A stretch of DNA of 64,000 bases from an uncultured Pirellulaceae bacterium (GTDB taxonomy: Bacteria; Planctomycetota; Planctomycetia; Pirellulales; Pirellulaceae): the NCBI GenBank assembly GCA_964530985.1, contig CAZHCH010000009.1, forward strand, positions 1,865 to 65,864. The letters are read 5' to 3'. A program made the position numbers and the translations under genes. The notes beneath the pieces are model-generated. The model was not told where the DNA came from, searched no databases, and worked only from the letters and a program-made list of their open reading frames with translations. Shown in pieces: positions 1 to 9,598 of the stretch (position 1 is its first letter; the number at the start of each line of letters is the position of its first letter).

Positions 1-260
1 GTTCCCTTTTGCGTTACGATTACTTGACGCCTTTGATTTACACTAGAAGACAAGGTGTGGTTGATCCGCTCCCGCCACTTAGCCCGGCAGCAGATCACTT
101 CACCATCGGAAAGATAGCCCGCAAACCCCTCCTATGCCGGCAGTTTCTAAATAAAATAAAGACCAAACTACCAGCGCCCCGCTAATATTGTAGTTCGCGG
201 AGATTCTTGGAATCGAAAGCGAATTTTTGGCCTGTCTGATCACCTAACGGCTCATAGAAT

Positions 261-2111
261 ATGCCCATGAGCAAAATCATCTATGAATATGACGTGATCG
301 TGGTCGGAGCTGGCCATGCGGGTACCGAAGCTGCCGCTGCGGCTGCGCGATTGGGTGCCAAAACTGCACTGCTAACAACCAACTTAGACACCGTCGGGCA
401 AATGAGCTGCAACCCAGCAATCGGGGGCGTTGCCAAAGGTCACTTAGTGAGAGAGATCGATGCGTTGGGAGGGCTAATGGGCCAAGCGATTGACGCTTCG
501 GGCATCCAATTTCGAATGCTAAATATTCGCAAAGGACCTGCGATGAACAGCCCGCGCGCCCAAGCAGACAAAAAAGCCTATCAAAACTGGGTCAAGTTCG
601 CGATCGAAAACCAACCCAACCTCGACCTCCGCCAAGAAGTTGTCCTAGACTTGTTGACCGAGCAGTCCAATGACGACAGCGAATCAGCCGCTCAAAAAAT
701 CACCGGCGTCGCAGTGCAAGGCAACGTCGAATATCGGGCTCCCGCCGTGATCTTGACCACAGGCACGTTCCTGTCCGCGTTGATGCATACTGGCGAAGCC
801 AAAACAAAGGGTGGTCGAGCCGGTGAGGGGACGACAACAGGGATCAGTGCGGCGCTTGCTCGGCTAGACTTCCGCGTTGCCCGATTCAAAACCGGGACAC
901 CGCCGCGGCTCAACAGTCGCACCATCGATTATTCGAAAACCGAGATCCAACCCGGCGACGACCACCCAAGTCCGTTTTCGTTTTTGACCGACGATTTCAA
1001 AGTCGAACAAATGCCATGCTGGATCACCTTCACCAACCAAGCGGTCCACGATCTTATCCGAGCCAATCTGCACCGCGCGCCAATGTATAGCGGGCAAATT
1101 CAAGGTAGCGGCCCACGTTACTGCCCGTCCATCGAAGACAAAATCGTAAAGTTCGCAGACAAAGACCGGCACCAACTTTTCCTTGAACCCGAAGGGCGAC
1201 AAACCCAAGAAGTTTACGTCAACGGAATTTCGACCAGCCTGCCACGCGACGTTCAGGACGAAATGTTCAAGTTGATTCCGGGCTTGGAAAACGCACAAAT
1301 CATGCGCTACGGGTACGCCGTCGAATACGACTTCTGCCCGCCCGAACAATTGCGTTCGACTTTGGAAACCAAATCCGTTGCCGGGCTATACTTTGCCGGA
1401 CAGCTCAACGGCACCACCGGCTACGAAGAAGCCGGCGCACAAGGATTAATCGCTGGGGCTAACTCGGCGCTAAAGCTCGCCGGACGCGACGACTTTATCA
1501 TCGAACGAAACGAAGGCTACATCGGCGTGCTGATTGACGATTTGGTCACTTGCAGCGTCGATGAACCGTACCGAATGTTCACCAGTCGCGCTGAATACCG
1601 CTTGCTGCTGCGACAAGACAATGCGGACCGACGCCTGACGGCAAAGGCAGTCGAGATTGGCCTGGCCGGTCAAGAACGCATGGCACGTTTACAAGCCAAA
1701 GAAACCGCAATTGCTGACACACTAGCCAAAATCGAGTCCACTCGAATCGAAGGTGTTACGTTACACAAAAGACTCAAACGCACCGAAACGAAATGGGAAG
1801 AACTCGTCGAACTACTTCCTGAACTGGGTGAAGTCACCGCTGAAGTTCGACAGCAAGTAATTTACGACGTGAAGTACGCAGGCTATGTGACTCGCCAGCA
1901 AGCGACCGTCGACAAACACAAACGATTGGCAAATCGGAAAATCCCGGATCACTTTGATTACCAAGCACTACCGCACCTACGAATCGAAGCCAAAGAAAAA
2001 CTGACCCGCTTCCGCCCCACCAGCCTCGATCAGGCTCAGCGAATCAGCGGCATTACCCCCGCCGATATCGCGATGGTGATCTTACATTTAGAAAAGAAAA
2101 TCAAAACTTAA
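261..2111 (+). CDS. mnmG: tRNA uridine-5-carboxymethylaminomethyl(34) synthesis enzyme MnmG/GidA
   Basis: FAD-binding [53 protein letters not shown] and [14 protein letters not shown] motifs. The true start may be ATG 267. Confidence 0.97.
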   Translation: MPMSKIIYEYDVIVVGAGHAGTEAAAAAARLGAKTALLTTNLDTVGQMSCNPAIGGVAKGHLVREIDALGGLMGQAIDASGIQFRMLNIRKGPAMNSPRAQADKKAYQNWVKFAIENQPNLDLRQEVVLDLLTEQSNDDSESAAQKITGVAVQGNVEYRAPAVILTTGTFLSALMHTGEAKTKGGRAGEGTTTGISAALARLDFRVARFKTGTPPRLNSRTIDYSKTEIQPGDDHPSPFSFLTDDFKVEQMPCWITFTNQAVHDLIRANLHRAPMYSGQIQGSGPRYCPSIEDKIVKFADKDRHQLFLEPEGRQTQEVYVNGISTSLPRDVQDEMFKLIPGLENAQIMRYGYAVEYDFCPPEQLRSTLETKSVAGLYFAGQLNGTTGYEEAGAQGLIAGANSALKLAGRDDFIIERNEGYIGVLIDDLVTCSVDEPYRMFTSRAEYRLLLRQDNADRRLTAKAVEIGLAGQERMARLQAKETAIADTLAKIESTRIEGVTLHKRLKRTETKWEELVELLPELGEVTAEVRQQVIYDVKYAGYVTRQQATVDKHKRLANRKIPDHFDYQALPHLRIEAKEKLTRFRPTSLDQAQRISGITPADIAMVILHLEKKIKT

Positions 2112-2245
2112 TTTTTTGTTAGACGGGAACTTGGTCCAATTCGGATTTCTTTTTCTTGGCGTTCATTGTCTTCGGCTTCGACTCCGATTTAAACTGGATT
2201 CTGTTAACATTGAATTTCCTTTGAAAAATTTCTTTAGAATTTCTT

Positions 2246-3631
2246 ATGCATCAACACTCAATCCTGATCGCCATCGTTCTCTTGTTTGCCTCCAACTGCT
2301 CCGGACAACAAGCGATTCCGAAGCCACCGATGGGGAAAATCAATCAGAAATCCGTCACTGAAACAATCAAGTTCTTGGCCAGTGACGAACTGGCTGGTCG
2401 CGACACGCCTTCGCCGGGTTTGGATAAGGCGTCGGACTTCGTCGCCGCAAGATTCAAGCAAGCAGGTTTAAATCCGCTAGGCACTGACGGATCGTTTTTC
2501 CAAACCACTACCAAAGCCACTGCTCAAGCTCCACGATCTGCTGCGCTAACCAACGATGGGCAACCGTTAAAAACGCTAGGTGTGCTGAGTGCCAACGAAA
2601 AAGCATTCAAGTATCGTGGACCGGTCACCCTGATCAAAGACAAACCACCTGCTGACCAACGATTTAGCGGTCCCGTTTCTTTCGTTGCACCGTCGTTCAA
2701 TCAACGCTCTAGCGAAATCGCCTTTACTGCCAAAATCAACCAACTTCGATCTCAAGGCGCGACGGCGTGCTTGGTCCAAGTAACTCCCAAACATAAACTC
2801 GTCCGTCGCAGTTTTCGAGCGTCGCAATTGCACTTAGCGGATGAATTCAAGGGGATCAACGGCCCCGTGATTTTGATCGGTCCAACTGCGTTAGGCACCG
2901 TCTCAATCGATCTGAACCAGCAGCTTAATGGGTCAACGGTTGTTAAAAACGTGATCGGGGTATTGCGTGGCAGTGATCCAGAACTGGCCAAGCAAGCCAT
3001 TATATTCTCAGCTCACCTCGACCATATCGGCATCGCCAACACTACTGGCGACACAATCAACAACGGAGCCGATGACGACGCGTCGGGGGTGACCGCGGTA
3101 CTGACATTAGCCGATGCCTATGCAGCGTTACCGACCAATCCCAAGCGCAGCGTGATCTTCATGACTTTTTGGGGAGAAGAACGAGGGCTACTCGGTTCAC
3201 GGCATTACGCCAGCGATCCCACTTGGCCTTTGCCTGACACAATTGCGAATATAAATTTAGAAATGATTGGTCGCCCCGAAGCGGGAGCTCATGGCAAAGT
3301 TTGGATGACCGGCTGGGACCAATCCGACCTAGGAACGCTCTTAAAAGAAGGCGCCCGGCAAGCCGACGTGTTGGTGTTCGAACATCCTCGGTTTAGCGGA
3401 TTTTTGTACCAACATAGCGACAACTGGTCGCTGGTACAAAAAGGCGTGATCGCTCATTCTTTTTCTGCTGGTTCGCTCCATTCGGACTACCACAAACCTT
3501 CCGATGAATGGGAACGGCTGCATTTAGACCACATGACTCAAGTCATCCGTGGTTTATTCGCCGGTAGTCTACCGCTGGCCAACGGCGAATTGACCCCGAA
3601 AAAGTCTGCCAATCGACGCCCCATACAATAA
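2246..3631 (+). CDS. M28-family zinc aminopeptidase, exported (possible lipoprotein), with PA-like insert
   Basis: N-terminal signal (LLFASNC); FLASDELAGRDT, SAHLDHIG, NGADDDASG, WGEERGLLGS, NLEMIGR, SDN and DYHKPSD are typical M28 motifs. Confidence 0.88.
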   Translation: MHQHSILIAIVLLFASNCSGQQAIPKPPMGKINQKSVTETIKFLASDELAGRDTPSPGLDKASDFVAARFKQAGLNPLGTDGSFFQTTTKATAQAPRSAALTNDGQPLKTLGVLSANEKAFKYRGPVTLIKDKPPADQRFSGPVSFVAPSFNQRSSEIAFTAKINQLRSQGATACLVQVTPKHKLVRRSFRASQLHLADEFKGINGPVILIGPTALGTVSIDLNQQLNGSTVVKNVIGVLRGSDPELAKQAIIFSAHLDHIGIANTTGDTINNGADDDASGVTAVLTLADAYAALPTNPKRSVIFMTFWGEERGLLGSRHYASDPTWPLPDTIANINLEMIGRPEAGAHGKVWMTGWDQSDLGTLLKEGARQADVLVFEHPRFSGFLYQHSDNWSLVQKGVIAHSFSAGSLHSDYHKPSDEWERLHLDHMTQVIRGLFAGSLPLANGELTPKKSANRRPIQ

Positions 3632-3906
3632 ATCGATTATTTGGGCCACCATTGAAATAACAATTCACTGCGCTTGCCCCAAACAACACTGCTTTAGAAC
3701 ATTTAAAAACATGTCAAACACAGAAAAACGTGAACGATCGAATTAGCCGAATAACGTTTGCTTTAAACACATGTACTAGACACCCAAAAGGCAAGCGCCA
3801 GCTCAAAAGATTTTTAGTTTTTAGAAACTCAATTTCGCTAGCATTCGCAAAAACCCATACATACACGACTCAAAACGCCCAAACAGCTAAGTCTACCAGC
3901 CTTAAC

Positions 3907-3974
3907 CAATCTTGACCCAGATTGCCTGATCGCTAGAATCTGTGGAGCATTGGCAATCTTGACAAGAAGATTGC
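3907..3974 (+). promoter_or_regulatory. Candidate sigma70 promoter with two CAATCT...AGATTG inverted-repeat sites
   Basis: TTGACC 3912-3917, 16 nt, TAGAAT 3934-3939; palindromes CAATCT-N6-AGATTG (3907-3924) and GCAATCTT-N6-AAGATTGC (3953-3974). Confidence 0.5.
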
Positions 3975-4196
3975 ATGGTGGCGGAGCTTGCCGATTAGAC
4001 GAGCTTCGTAGTTTGAAGCGACTGCGATGTTAAGGCGGTGTATGGGCAAGAGCGATGAGACATCTTTGCTCGACAACAGCCGTCTTTTTGAAATGTGGAT
4101 AGGTTTCACTTTGGATAAAAATCGCAGCAATTTCAGCTCTAAAATTATCAAAATACATTTTTGTCGGCACTCCGACCACCTAGGGAGAGGATGGTT

Positions 4197-4790
4197 ATGA
4201 CTACCAAGACAGTCTTTACGACGGGCGAAGCTGCAAAGATTTGCAAAGTCAGCCAGCAAACAATTATTCGTTGCTTTGACAATGGCAGTCTAAAGGGCTT
4301 TCGTGTTCCCGGCAGCCGTTTCCGGCGGATTCCCCGTGACAACCTGTATGCGTTCATGAAAGAGAACGGCATACCCACCGACGCACTTGAAAGCGGCAAG
4401 CGTAAGCTGTTAGTCGTGGACGATGATGAGGATTTGGTAGAATTGATTGTCGATTGCTTTGCTCGTGACGGTCGTTTTGATATCAAAACGGCCAATAACG
4501 GGTTCGCAGCTGGCATGGCCGTTAAAGAGTTCCGACCGGACTTGGTGGTGCTAGACGTGATGCTACCGGACATCAATGGTAAAGAAGTATGCCTTCGAGT
4601 TCGAGGCGATTCGACTATGAAGGCCTGTAAGATCATTTGCATTTCTGGAATGGTCGAACAAGACAAAATTGCGGATCTACTTGCCGCCGGTGCGGACGAC
4701 TTCATGAACAAACCGTTCAACGTCGAAGACCTAGTCAACCGCGGCTGTCAAATGCTCGAAATGGGCGCGAAAGACGCCGCTGCAGGCTAG
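4197..4790 (+). CDS. Response regulator with N-terminal excisionase-like HTH_17 DNA-binding domain and C-terminal receiver domain
   Basis: FTTGEAAKICKVSQQTIIRCFD...GSRFRRIP (HTH_17); LVVDDD, LDVMLP and KPF receiver motifs; RBS GGAGAGG 4184-4190 supports ATG 4197. Confidence 0.9.
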   Translation: MTTKTVFTTGEAAKICKVSQQTIIRCFDNGSLKGFRVPGSRFRRIPRDNLYAFMKENGIPTDALESGKRKLLVVDDDEDLVELIVDCFARDGRFDIKTANNGFAAGMAVKEFRPDLVVLDVMLPDINGKEVCLRVRGDSTMKACKIICISGMVEQDKIADLLAAGADDFMNKPFNVEDLVNRGCQMLEMGAKDAAAG

Positions 4791-4820
4791 TTATCTTTCG
4801 TTTGACTGAATGAAATCTCT

Positions 4821-4856
4821 AACGCATCCGGCCACTTTCCCGCGATGCGTTTTTTT
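4821..4856 (+). terminator. Intrinsic terminator-like hairpin after the response regulator
   Basis: AACGCATC...GATGCGTT stem followed by a T run. Confidence 0.55.
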
Positions 4857-4862
4857 ATGCAG

Positions 4863-4886
4863 CTTTGATTTTGCCTTTGATTTTGC
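4863..4886. repeat. 12-bp tandem duplication CTTTGATTTTGC x2
   Basis: Exact adjacent copies just upstream of the kinase start. Confidence 0.7.
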
Positions 4887-4895
4887 GAATCGCCG

Positions 4896-6317
4896 ATGAA
4901 CCGGCTCACACTAAAAATTGATTCGGTATTGATACCGCCTCTTGTTCAACACTCCGCCTCTCCGATTCAGGAGTCCGAAACGGTGCACGAACTGTCGCTA
5001 CCATGCCCAAGCAGCGCTTTACTTGATTTAGCGTTGGCGTTCAGTTGCCCCGCTAGCCAAACGGATCGCTTGCACCGAGTGCTACGACTAACCCCCCCGC
5101 TATTACTGTTTGCACTCAATCAGTATCGGCACTTTGTCGGAACTCCGGCTGACTCACCGAATCAATTGGTTGTATGGTGTGAAGAACACTTGCTTCCTGT
5201 AACGCTCAACAGCGACTTACTACCTTGCTCCTTAATTTCATCGAAACTAGCCAAAGAAAATCGTCAACTATTAAAACAATTCCTTCGTTCACACGACAGT
5301 CTCAGTTGCCGCAAGACACTAGAGCGATGGGTCAAGCTCCACGGACAATACTCACTGCTGGCTAACTCGAGTGATGCAAGGAAACGCTGGTTGAAAACCA
5401 TTCTCGCAAAGTCATTTCGCGTAAACGAATTCCGCGTTCGTAAAATTCGCCGGAAATCGACACTCGACACAACCTGTCTCCAATGGACACAACCTTCTCG
5501 GCTGAGCACTCGGATCAAATCGATTCTCGAATTGGCGACAACTGCCAGCCAAACGAAGTTTGAATACCTGCACAAACTCGAGACTGAAAAGTTGGCTGCT
5601 ATGAAACAACTGGCCTATGGGGCCAGCCATGAAATCAACAATCCACTTGCCAACATTGCGACTCGAGCCCAAACGATGCTCGGCGACGAAACCCATCCAG
5701 AAAAACGAAACAAGCTGGCGACAATTTACCAACAAGCAATGCGCGCCCACGAAATGATTTCGGACATGATGCTATTTGCCCATCCTCCTGCCACCAACGC
5801 TACCTTTGTATCGCTACGGCAAGTCGTACGACGCTTTATCGGTCAGCAAGAAAACAATACTCTGGCGGATGAATTGATCAAAACCAACATCTTCCTTGGT
5901 CCCCATTTGGATCGTGTCTGTTTGGATCAGACTCAGTTCTTAGTTGTTTTGCAAATGTTGGTTCGGAACGCGAAAGAAGCAATTCGTGCAACCAAGAACG
6001 CTACCGGAGATATTGAGATCCGATTGGATTGGGTTGACCGCCAAACACCTGGATTGCCGCAGCGTTTACAACTCGGGCAAGCCAGCCATTTTTTGCAAGT
6101 CAGCGTTCAAGACAACGGCATCGGCGTGGATGCCCGAGTTCGACGGCATTTGTTCGACCCATTCTTTAGCGGTCGCGAAGCTGGCAGGGGACTGGGCTTT
6201 GGGCTGTCAAAGACGTGGCGAATCGTCGAACAACACGGCGGCGAAATCGTTTTCGATGAAACGCTTCCCCAGACGCAGGGAGCCCGTTTTGTTTTTTGGC
6301 TTCCGCAGCCGAACTAA
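4896..6317 (+). CDS. Cytoplasmic sensor histidine kinase (HisKA + HATPase), N-terminus possibly degenerate HDOD-like
   Basis: H-box GASHEINNPLANI, N-box LVRNAKEA, DNGIG, FDPFFSGR..GRGLGFGL; no TM segments evident. Confidence 0.88.
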   Translation: MNRLTLKIDSVLIPPLVQHSASPIQESETVHELSLPCPSSALLDLALAFSCPASQTDRLHRVLRLTPPLLLFALNQYRHFVGTPADSPNQLVVWCEEHLLPVTLNSDLLPCSLISSKLAKENRQLLKQFLRSHDSLSCRKTLERWVKLHGQYSLLANSSDARKRWLKTILAKSFRVNEFRVRKIRRKSTLDTTCLQWTQPSRLSTRIKSILELATTASQTKFEYLHKLETEKLAAMKQLAYGASHEINNPLANIATRAQTMLGDETHPEKRNKLATIYQQAMRAHEMISDMMLFAHPPATNATFVSLRQVVRRFIGQQENNTLADELIKTNIFLGPHLDRVCLDQTQFLVVLQMLVRNAKEAIRATKNATGDIEIRLDWVDRQTPGLPQRLQLGQASHFLQVSVQDNGIGVDARVRRHLFDPFFSGREAGRGLGFGLSKTWRIVEQHGGEIVFDETLPQTQGARFVFWLPQPN

Positions 6318-6423
6318 GCTTTGCTCGTTGATCAAACTCGTCGTCTCCAACTGAGGAAATTTGACAAGTAGAGGGCTGCCGAACGCAGAGGAAAAAGTGC
6401 CTATGCGTCGACATTTTTATGAA

Positions 6424-7275
6424 CTAACCAACCGGTCGACCGACAATCAAAGAATGCTGTCCAACAATTCCTGGAACGGTCTTGAATTCCCATTGATAGT
6501 CCTCACGCTTAGGAAGCGTTTGAATCAGCTCGTAAAACTCAGCTTCGCGATAAGTCCGCGCGCTCGTAACCGCCCCATCCCAGGCGAAACAAGCTGGAAT
6601 GATTGGCAGTAGGAAACTGAAAACGAAACCACGAGCCGTTACCGGGCGCGCAAACAAGCTCACGACCAGCCCAAACAAGAAGTTGGGCAATAGCGTGATC
6701 CACCACAACCATCGTGGTGGAACCGTTCCATCGGTAAGTTCAAATATAACTAACGGCTGATTGGACTGTTGAGCGTCCAGCAAAACCAAACGCGCCCGCT
6801 CAGGTGGCATGTGATGGAACCCGCAAGCCAATGTCCGAACCACTAACGATTCACCACCTATTGCTTGACTGCAATCACCGTTGTCCGCCGCCTGCATTTG
6901 CTCTATCAACGGCAAACAAACGTCTAGTGATCGTTTAAAATAACGAATATTCGATTCACTTCGGCCCAATTCATCTACCAAACGTGACGGGGGTTGAATA
7001 TCCGTTAGTACGAGTTGAATTTCGCGATCTGGATTTCGTTCCGCGGTAACCAATGCCAACGCATCGGGCATCGGTCCACCACTGCCTGAACAAACATCCA
7101 CAATCGTGACCGCTTGATCATCCATATCAGCTAAGATTAGATTCAACTGATCAGCGACAATCCGAGGAACTCCAAGCCAGCGATGCACGACAACGATCAT
7201 CGAGGTCACGCAATCGCGAATCCAATGCGGGCAAATCGCAAGGTCTTCAACTTCAAATAGATGTAAACGCTTCAT
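6424..7275 (-). CDS. Class I SAM-dependent methyltransferase-like protein
   Basis: IVDVCSGSGGP glycine-rich motif I, LTD motif II, FHH motif; N-terminal MKRLHLFEVED. Confidence 0.7.
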   Translation of the reverse strand: MKRLHLFEVEDLAICPHWIRDCVTSMIVVVHRWLGVPRIVADQLNLILADMDDQAVTIVDVCSGSGGPMPDALALVTAERNPDREIQLVLTDIQPPSRLVDELGRSESNIRYFKRSLDVCLPLIEQMQAADNGDCSQAIGGESLVVRTLACGFHHMPPERARLVLLDAQQSNQPLVIFELTDGTVPPRWLWWITLLPNFLFGLVVSLFARPVTARGFVFSFLLPIIPACFAWDGAVTSARTYREAEFYELIQTLPKREDYQWEFKTVPGIVGQHSLIVGRPVG

Positions 7276-7307
7276 GATTTAATTCAAATCATTCGAACCA
7301 CGAAGCA

Positions 7308-9305
7308 CTAGTAACCCTTCATCGCTTCGCTAACCCACTCCAAGGCCGCAGGACGAGTCGACGACGCCTTTTGCGTTTCTTGCTTGTTGCTATCCTCGGG
7401 GGAATCGACAAAGTAACCGGCACTTGTCACTCGCTGAATGCGCGATCGGCTTTGAGACATCGATTTGACGACCGCCTTGTCTTGCTCACTCCAGTTGAAC
7501 AACTCATTGGTCACGTTCTTTCCGGTTAATCCACCAGTCTCCTGCTGTTGCACGTTTCCTAGGTCGAGCCTGAATTCTAATGGCGAGAAATCATCCGTCG
7601 GCAAGACACCGTTTTGAGGCGTGGAGATCGCACGACTATTTGGGGGAGGCACTTCATCGAAGCGCAAAATTGTCTTATCTGTTTTTTGCAAATTCTGGTG
7701 CTGATCTTGTGGTAAGTTTGAATCGAAGAAGTTTCCGTGAGGTTTGGCGCTGACTTCTCCAGCGGTGTCAAAACCCACCGCCGATGGCGGTGGAGCAATT
7801 GTCTGTTGTCGCTGAATTCCCGACTGTTGATTAACGTCACTTCCAAAAGCCACTGTCTGATTGCCGGACCAACAATCACAATCAGCCGACCCTTGAGTAG
7901 CAGCACATTGAGCACAACCGCCGCCAGCCGTCATTTGCCCTGACCAGCCGCCACCAAGAGCGCGGTAAAGCCGAATCAGTTGAACATTAGCGTTGGCACG
8001 AGCCGTCGACAGTGCTTGGCTATCTTTCAGCAATTGTAGTTGGGAATCTAGCACGCGTTGAAAGTTACTTTTACCGACCTTATACCGTTGAAGACTAAGC
8101 TCAACGGCCTTCGCGTCTGACTGCACAGCGTTGTCCAGCGACACCAATTGCTTTCGATAGCCGTCGTGTTTTACCATCGCGTCTTCGACTTCTTTAACCG
8201 CCTCTAATACGGTAGCACGGTAACTACCGACCGTTTGCCGCAACCGCGACTCATGAATCTCAATGCTGTCGCGAATTCGACCGAAGTGCAAAACGCTCCG
8301 ACTGAAGGACGGCTTAATGTTAAAGTTGAGCGGGGGACACAAATCTGCCTGAACAATTCCAACTTGGGCTATCGACGCCGCAGCAACATCGACTTCAGAT
8401 CGCTGAACATCTGGGCGACGGCGAATCAAATCCGCGGGAATACCTGCTTCTGGAATGTAAGGGGCTTCTGGAATTTCCCCGACCCCCACAACGTTTTGAA
8501 TTGCTGAATTTGGAGATTCGCCCAGCAAAATACTCAGCCGATTGAATTCACAATTTAACAGCAACTCTAAACCCGCCTTGTCTGCTCGCGAACGGTGCAA
8601 AAATGCCACAGTTTGCTCGGCATCTAGCTTGGTTGAAACACCCGCGTCAGCTCGACCACTGACAACCTGATTAGTTTCTTCTTGCAGTTGTAGGCTTTGG
8701 TCGACGATTTGAATTTGGCTCTGAAGTAAACGAATACTCAAATAACTAGTAGCCACATCGGCAACCAAAGTTTGCTGAACACTTTGAAGAGAATACTCCT
8801 GAGCCAACAGTTCAAGTTCGGCAGCCTGCATCGAACGCTCAAGGCGGCCGAACAAGTCGATCTCCCAAGTCGAATCTAAACCAAGATTAAACAGCTTACA
8901 TCGACTTCCTTTCCGACCAAGCAACGGCCTATAGTCTAAAACACAATTTACATTCGGCGCCAAAGCTCCACCATTTAGATTCACGTTAGCTCGCGCTTCA
9001 ATGATTCTCTCTGCCGCCACCTGTACGGTTAAGTTGTTCGATAACGCCTGCGAGACCAATTGGTCCAGTGTCGGATCAGCAAAATTTTGCCACCAATGAT
9101 CTAATGTAATGGCAGGTTGATGTTGAAAATTTTTAGCTTGATATTCAGTCGACAACGTCTGGATGTCAGGCTGGACAAAGTCCGGCCCAACTACCGAGCA
9201 GCCACCAAAAGACACAAAACACGTGGAAATCCCCAAGAATAGCATTCTGGAGAGCCGCGGCTGAATCTTCTCGCTAAGGGAGACGCTTAAGTTCCAAGAG
9301 GGCAT
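7308..9305 (-). CDS. NodT/OprM-type outer membrane efflux lipoprotein with long C-terminal extension
   Basis: Lipobox FGGC-SVVGPDF, WWQNFADPTLDQLV, WEIDLFG, LIRRRPDV, LYRALGGGW. Confidence 0.88.
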   Translation of the reverse strand: MPSWNLSVSLSEKIQPRLSRMLFLGISTCFVSFGGCSVVGPDFVQPDIQTLSTEYQAKNFQHQPAITLDHWWQNFADPTLDQLVSQALSNNLTVQVAAERIIEARANVNLNGGALAPNVNCVLDYRPLLGRKGSRCKLFNLGLDSTWEIDLFGRLERSMQAAELELLAQEYSLQSVQQTLVADVATSYLSIRLLQSQIQIVDQSLQLQEETNQVVSGRADAGVSTKLDAEQTVAFLHRSRADKAGLELLLNCEFNRLSILLGESPNSAIQNVVGVGEIPEAPYIPEAGIPADLIRRRPDVQRSEVDVAAASIAQVGIVQADLCPPLNFNIKPSFSRSVLHFGRIRDSIEIHESRLRQTVGSYRATVLEAVKEVEDAMVKHDGYRKQLVSLDNAVQSDAKAVELSLQRYKVGKSNFQRVLDSQLQLLKDSQALSTARANANVQLIRLYRALGGGWSGQMTAGGGCAQCAATQGSADCDCWSGNQTVAFGSDVNQQSGIQRQQTIAPPPSAVGFDTAGEVSAKPHGNFFDSNLPQDQHQNLQKTDKTILRFDEVPPPNSRAISTPQNGVLPTDDFSPLEFRLDLGNVQQQETGGLTGKNVTNELFNWSEQDKAVVKSMSQSRSRIQRVTSAGYFVDSPEDSNKQETQKASSTRPAALEWVSEAMKGY

Positions 9306-9391
9306 TTGAGCTCTACTTACTTAAAAAAACGTTGATTTTGATGCGTTTGTCGCGACCACCTTCAAATTACAATAGGTACCTGTCAGCCCAT

Positions 9392-9515
9392 TTGACGTGT
9401 CATAACCCCGTCAATGATTAATAAAGGCACAACCGGTGCAACCGCTACAACATCAATTTTCGGACAAGCCTAGCCTAAACTCGCAAATAATTACTACAGC
9501 CGTCAAAGTTTGACG
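9392..9515. promoter_or_regulatory. Divergent promoter region with TTGACG/CGTCAA inverted repeats and 9-bp-period CAACCG repeats
   Basis: TTGACG-N11-CGTCAA 9392-9414; CGTCAAA-G-TTTGACG 9501-9515; gcacaaccg/gtgcaaccg/ctacaaca 9427-9452. Confidence 0.4.
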
Positions 9516-9598
9516 TCGCGCCCAACTAACGTGGGATTACACGGACCACTGAAAAAACAAATTGAGCCCGCGAACTGGTCAACAAACGGATCCAAGCA

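Noticed and set aside
95-150. c-di-GMP-I-like CCATCGGAAAGATAG..CGCAAA upstream of mnmG
   Set aside because: P1/P3 consensus and pairing are not supported; likely chance.
4197-4370. Prophage/ICE excisionase
   Set aside because: The HTH_17 domain is fused to a receiver domain, and no integrase or att-like context is present.
4148-4738. 196-aa antisense ORF over the response regulator, and similar shadow ORFs (27858-28592, 42054-42695, 27123-27710)
   Set aside because: These lie opposite well-supported genes, have Ser/Arg-rich shadow composition and show no motifs.
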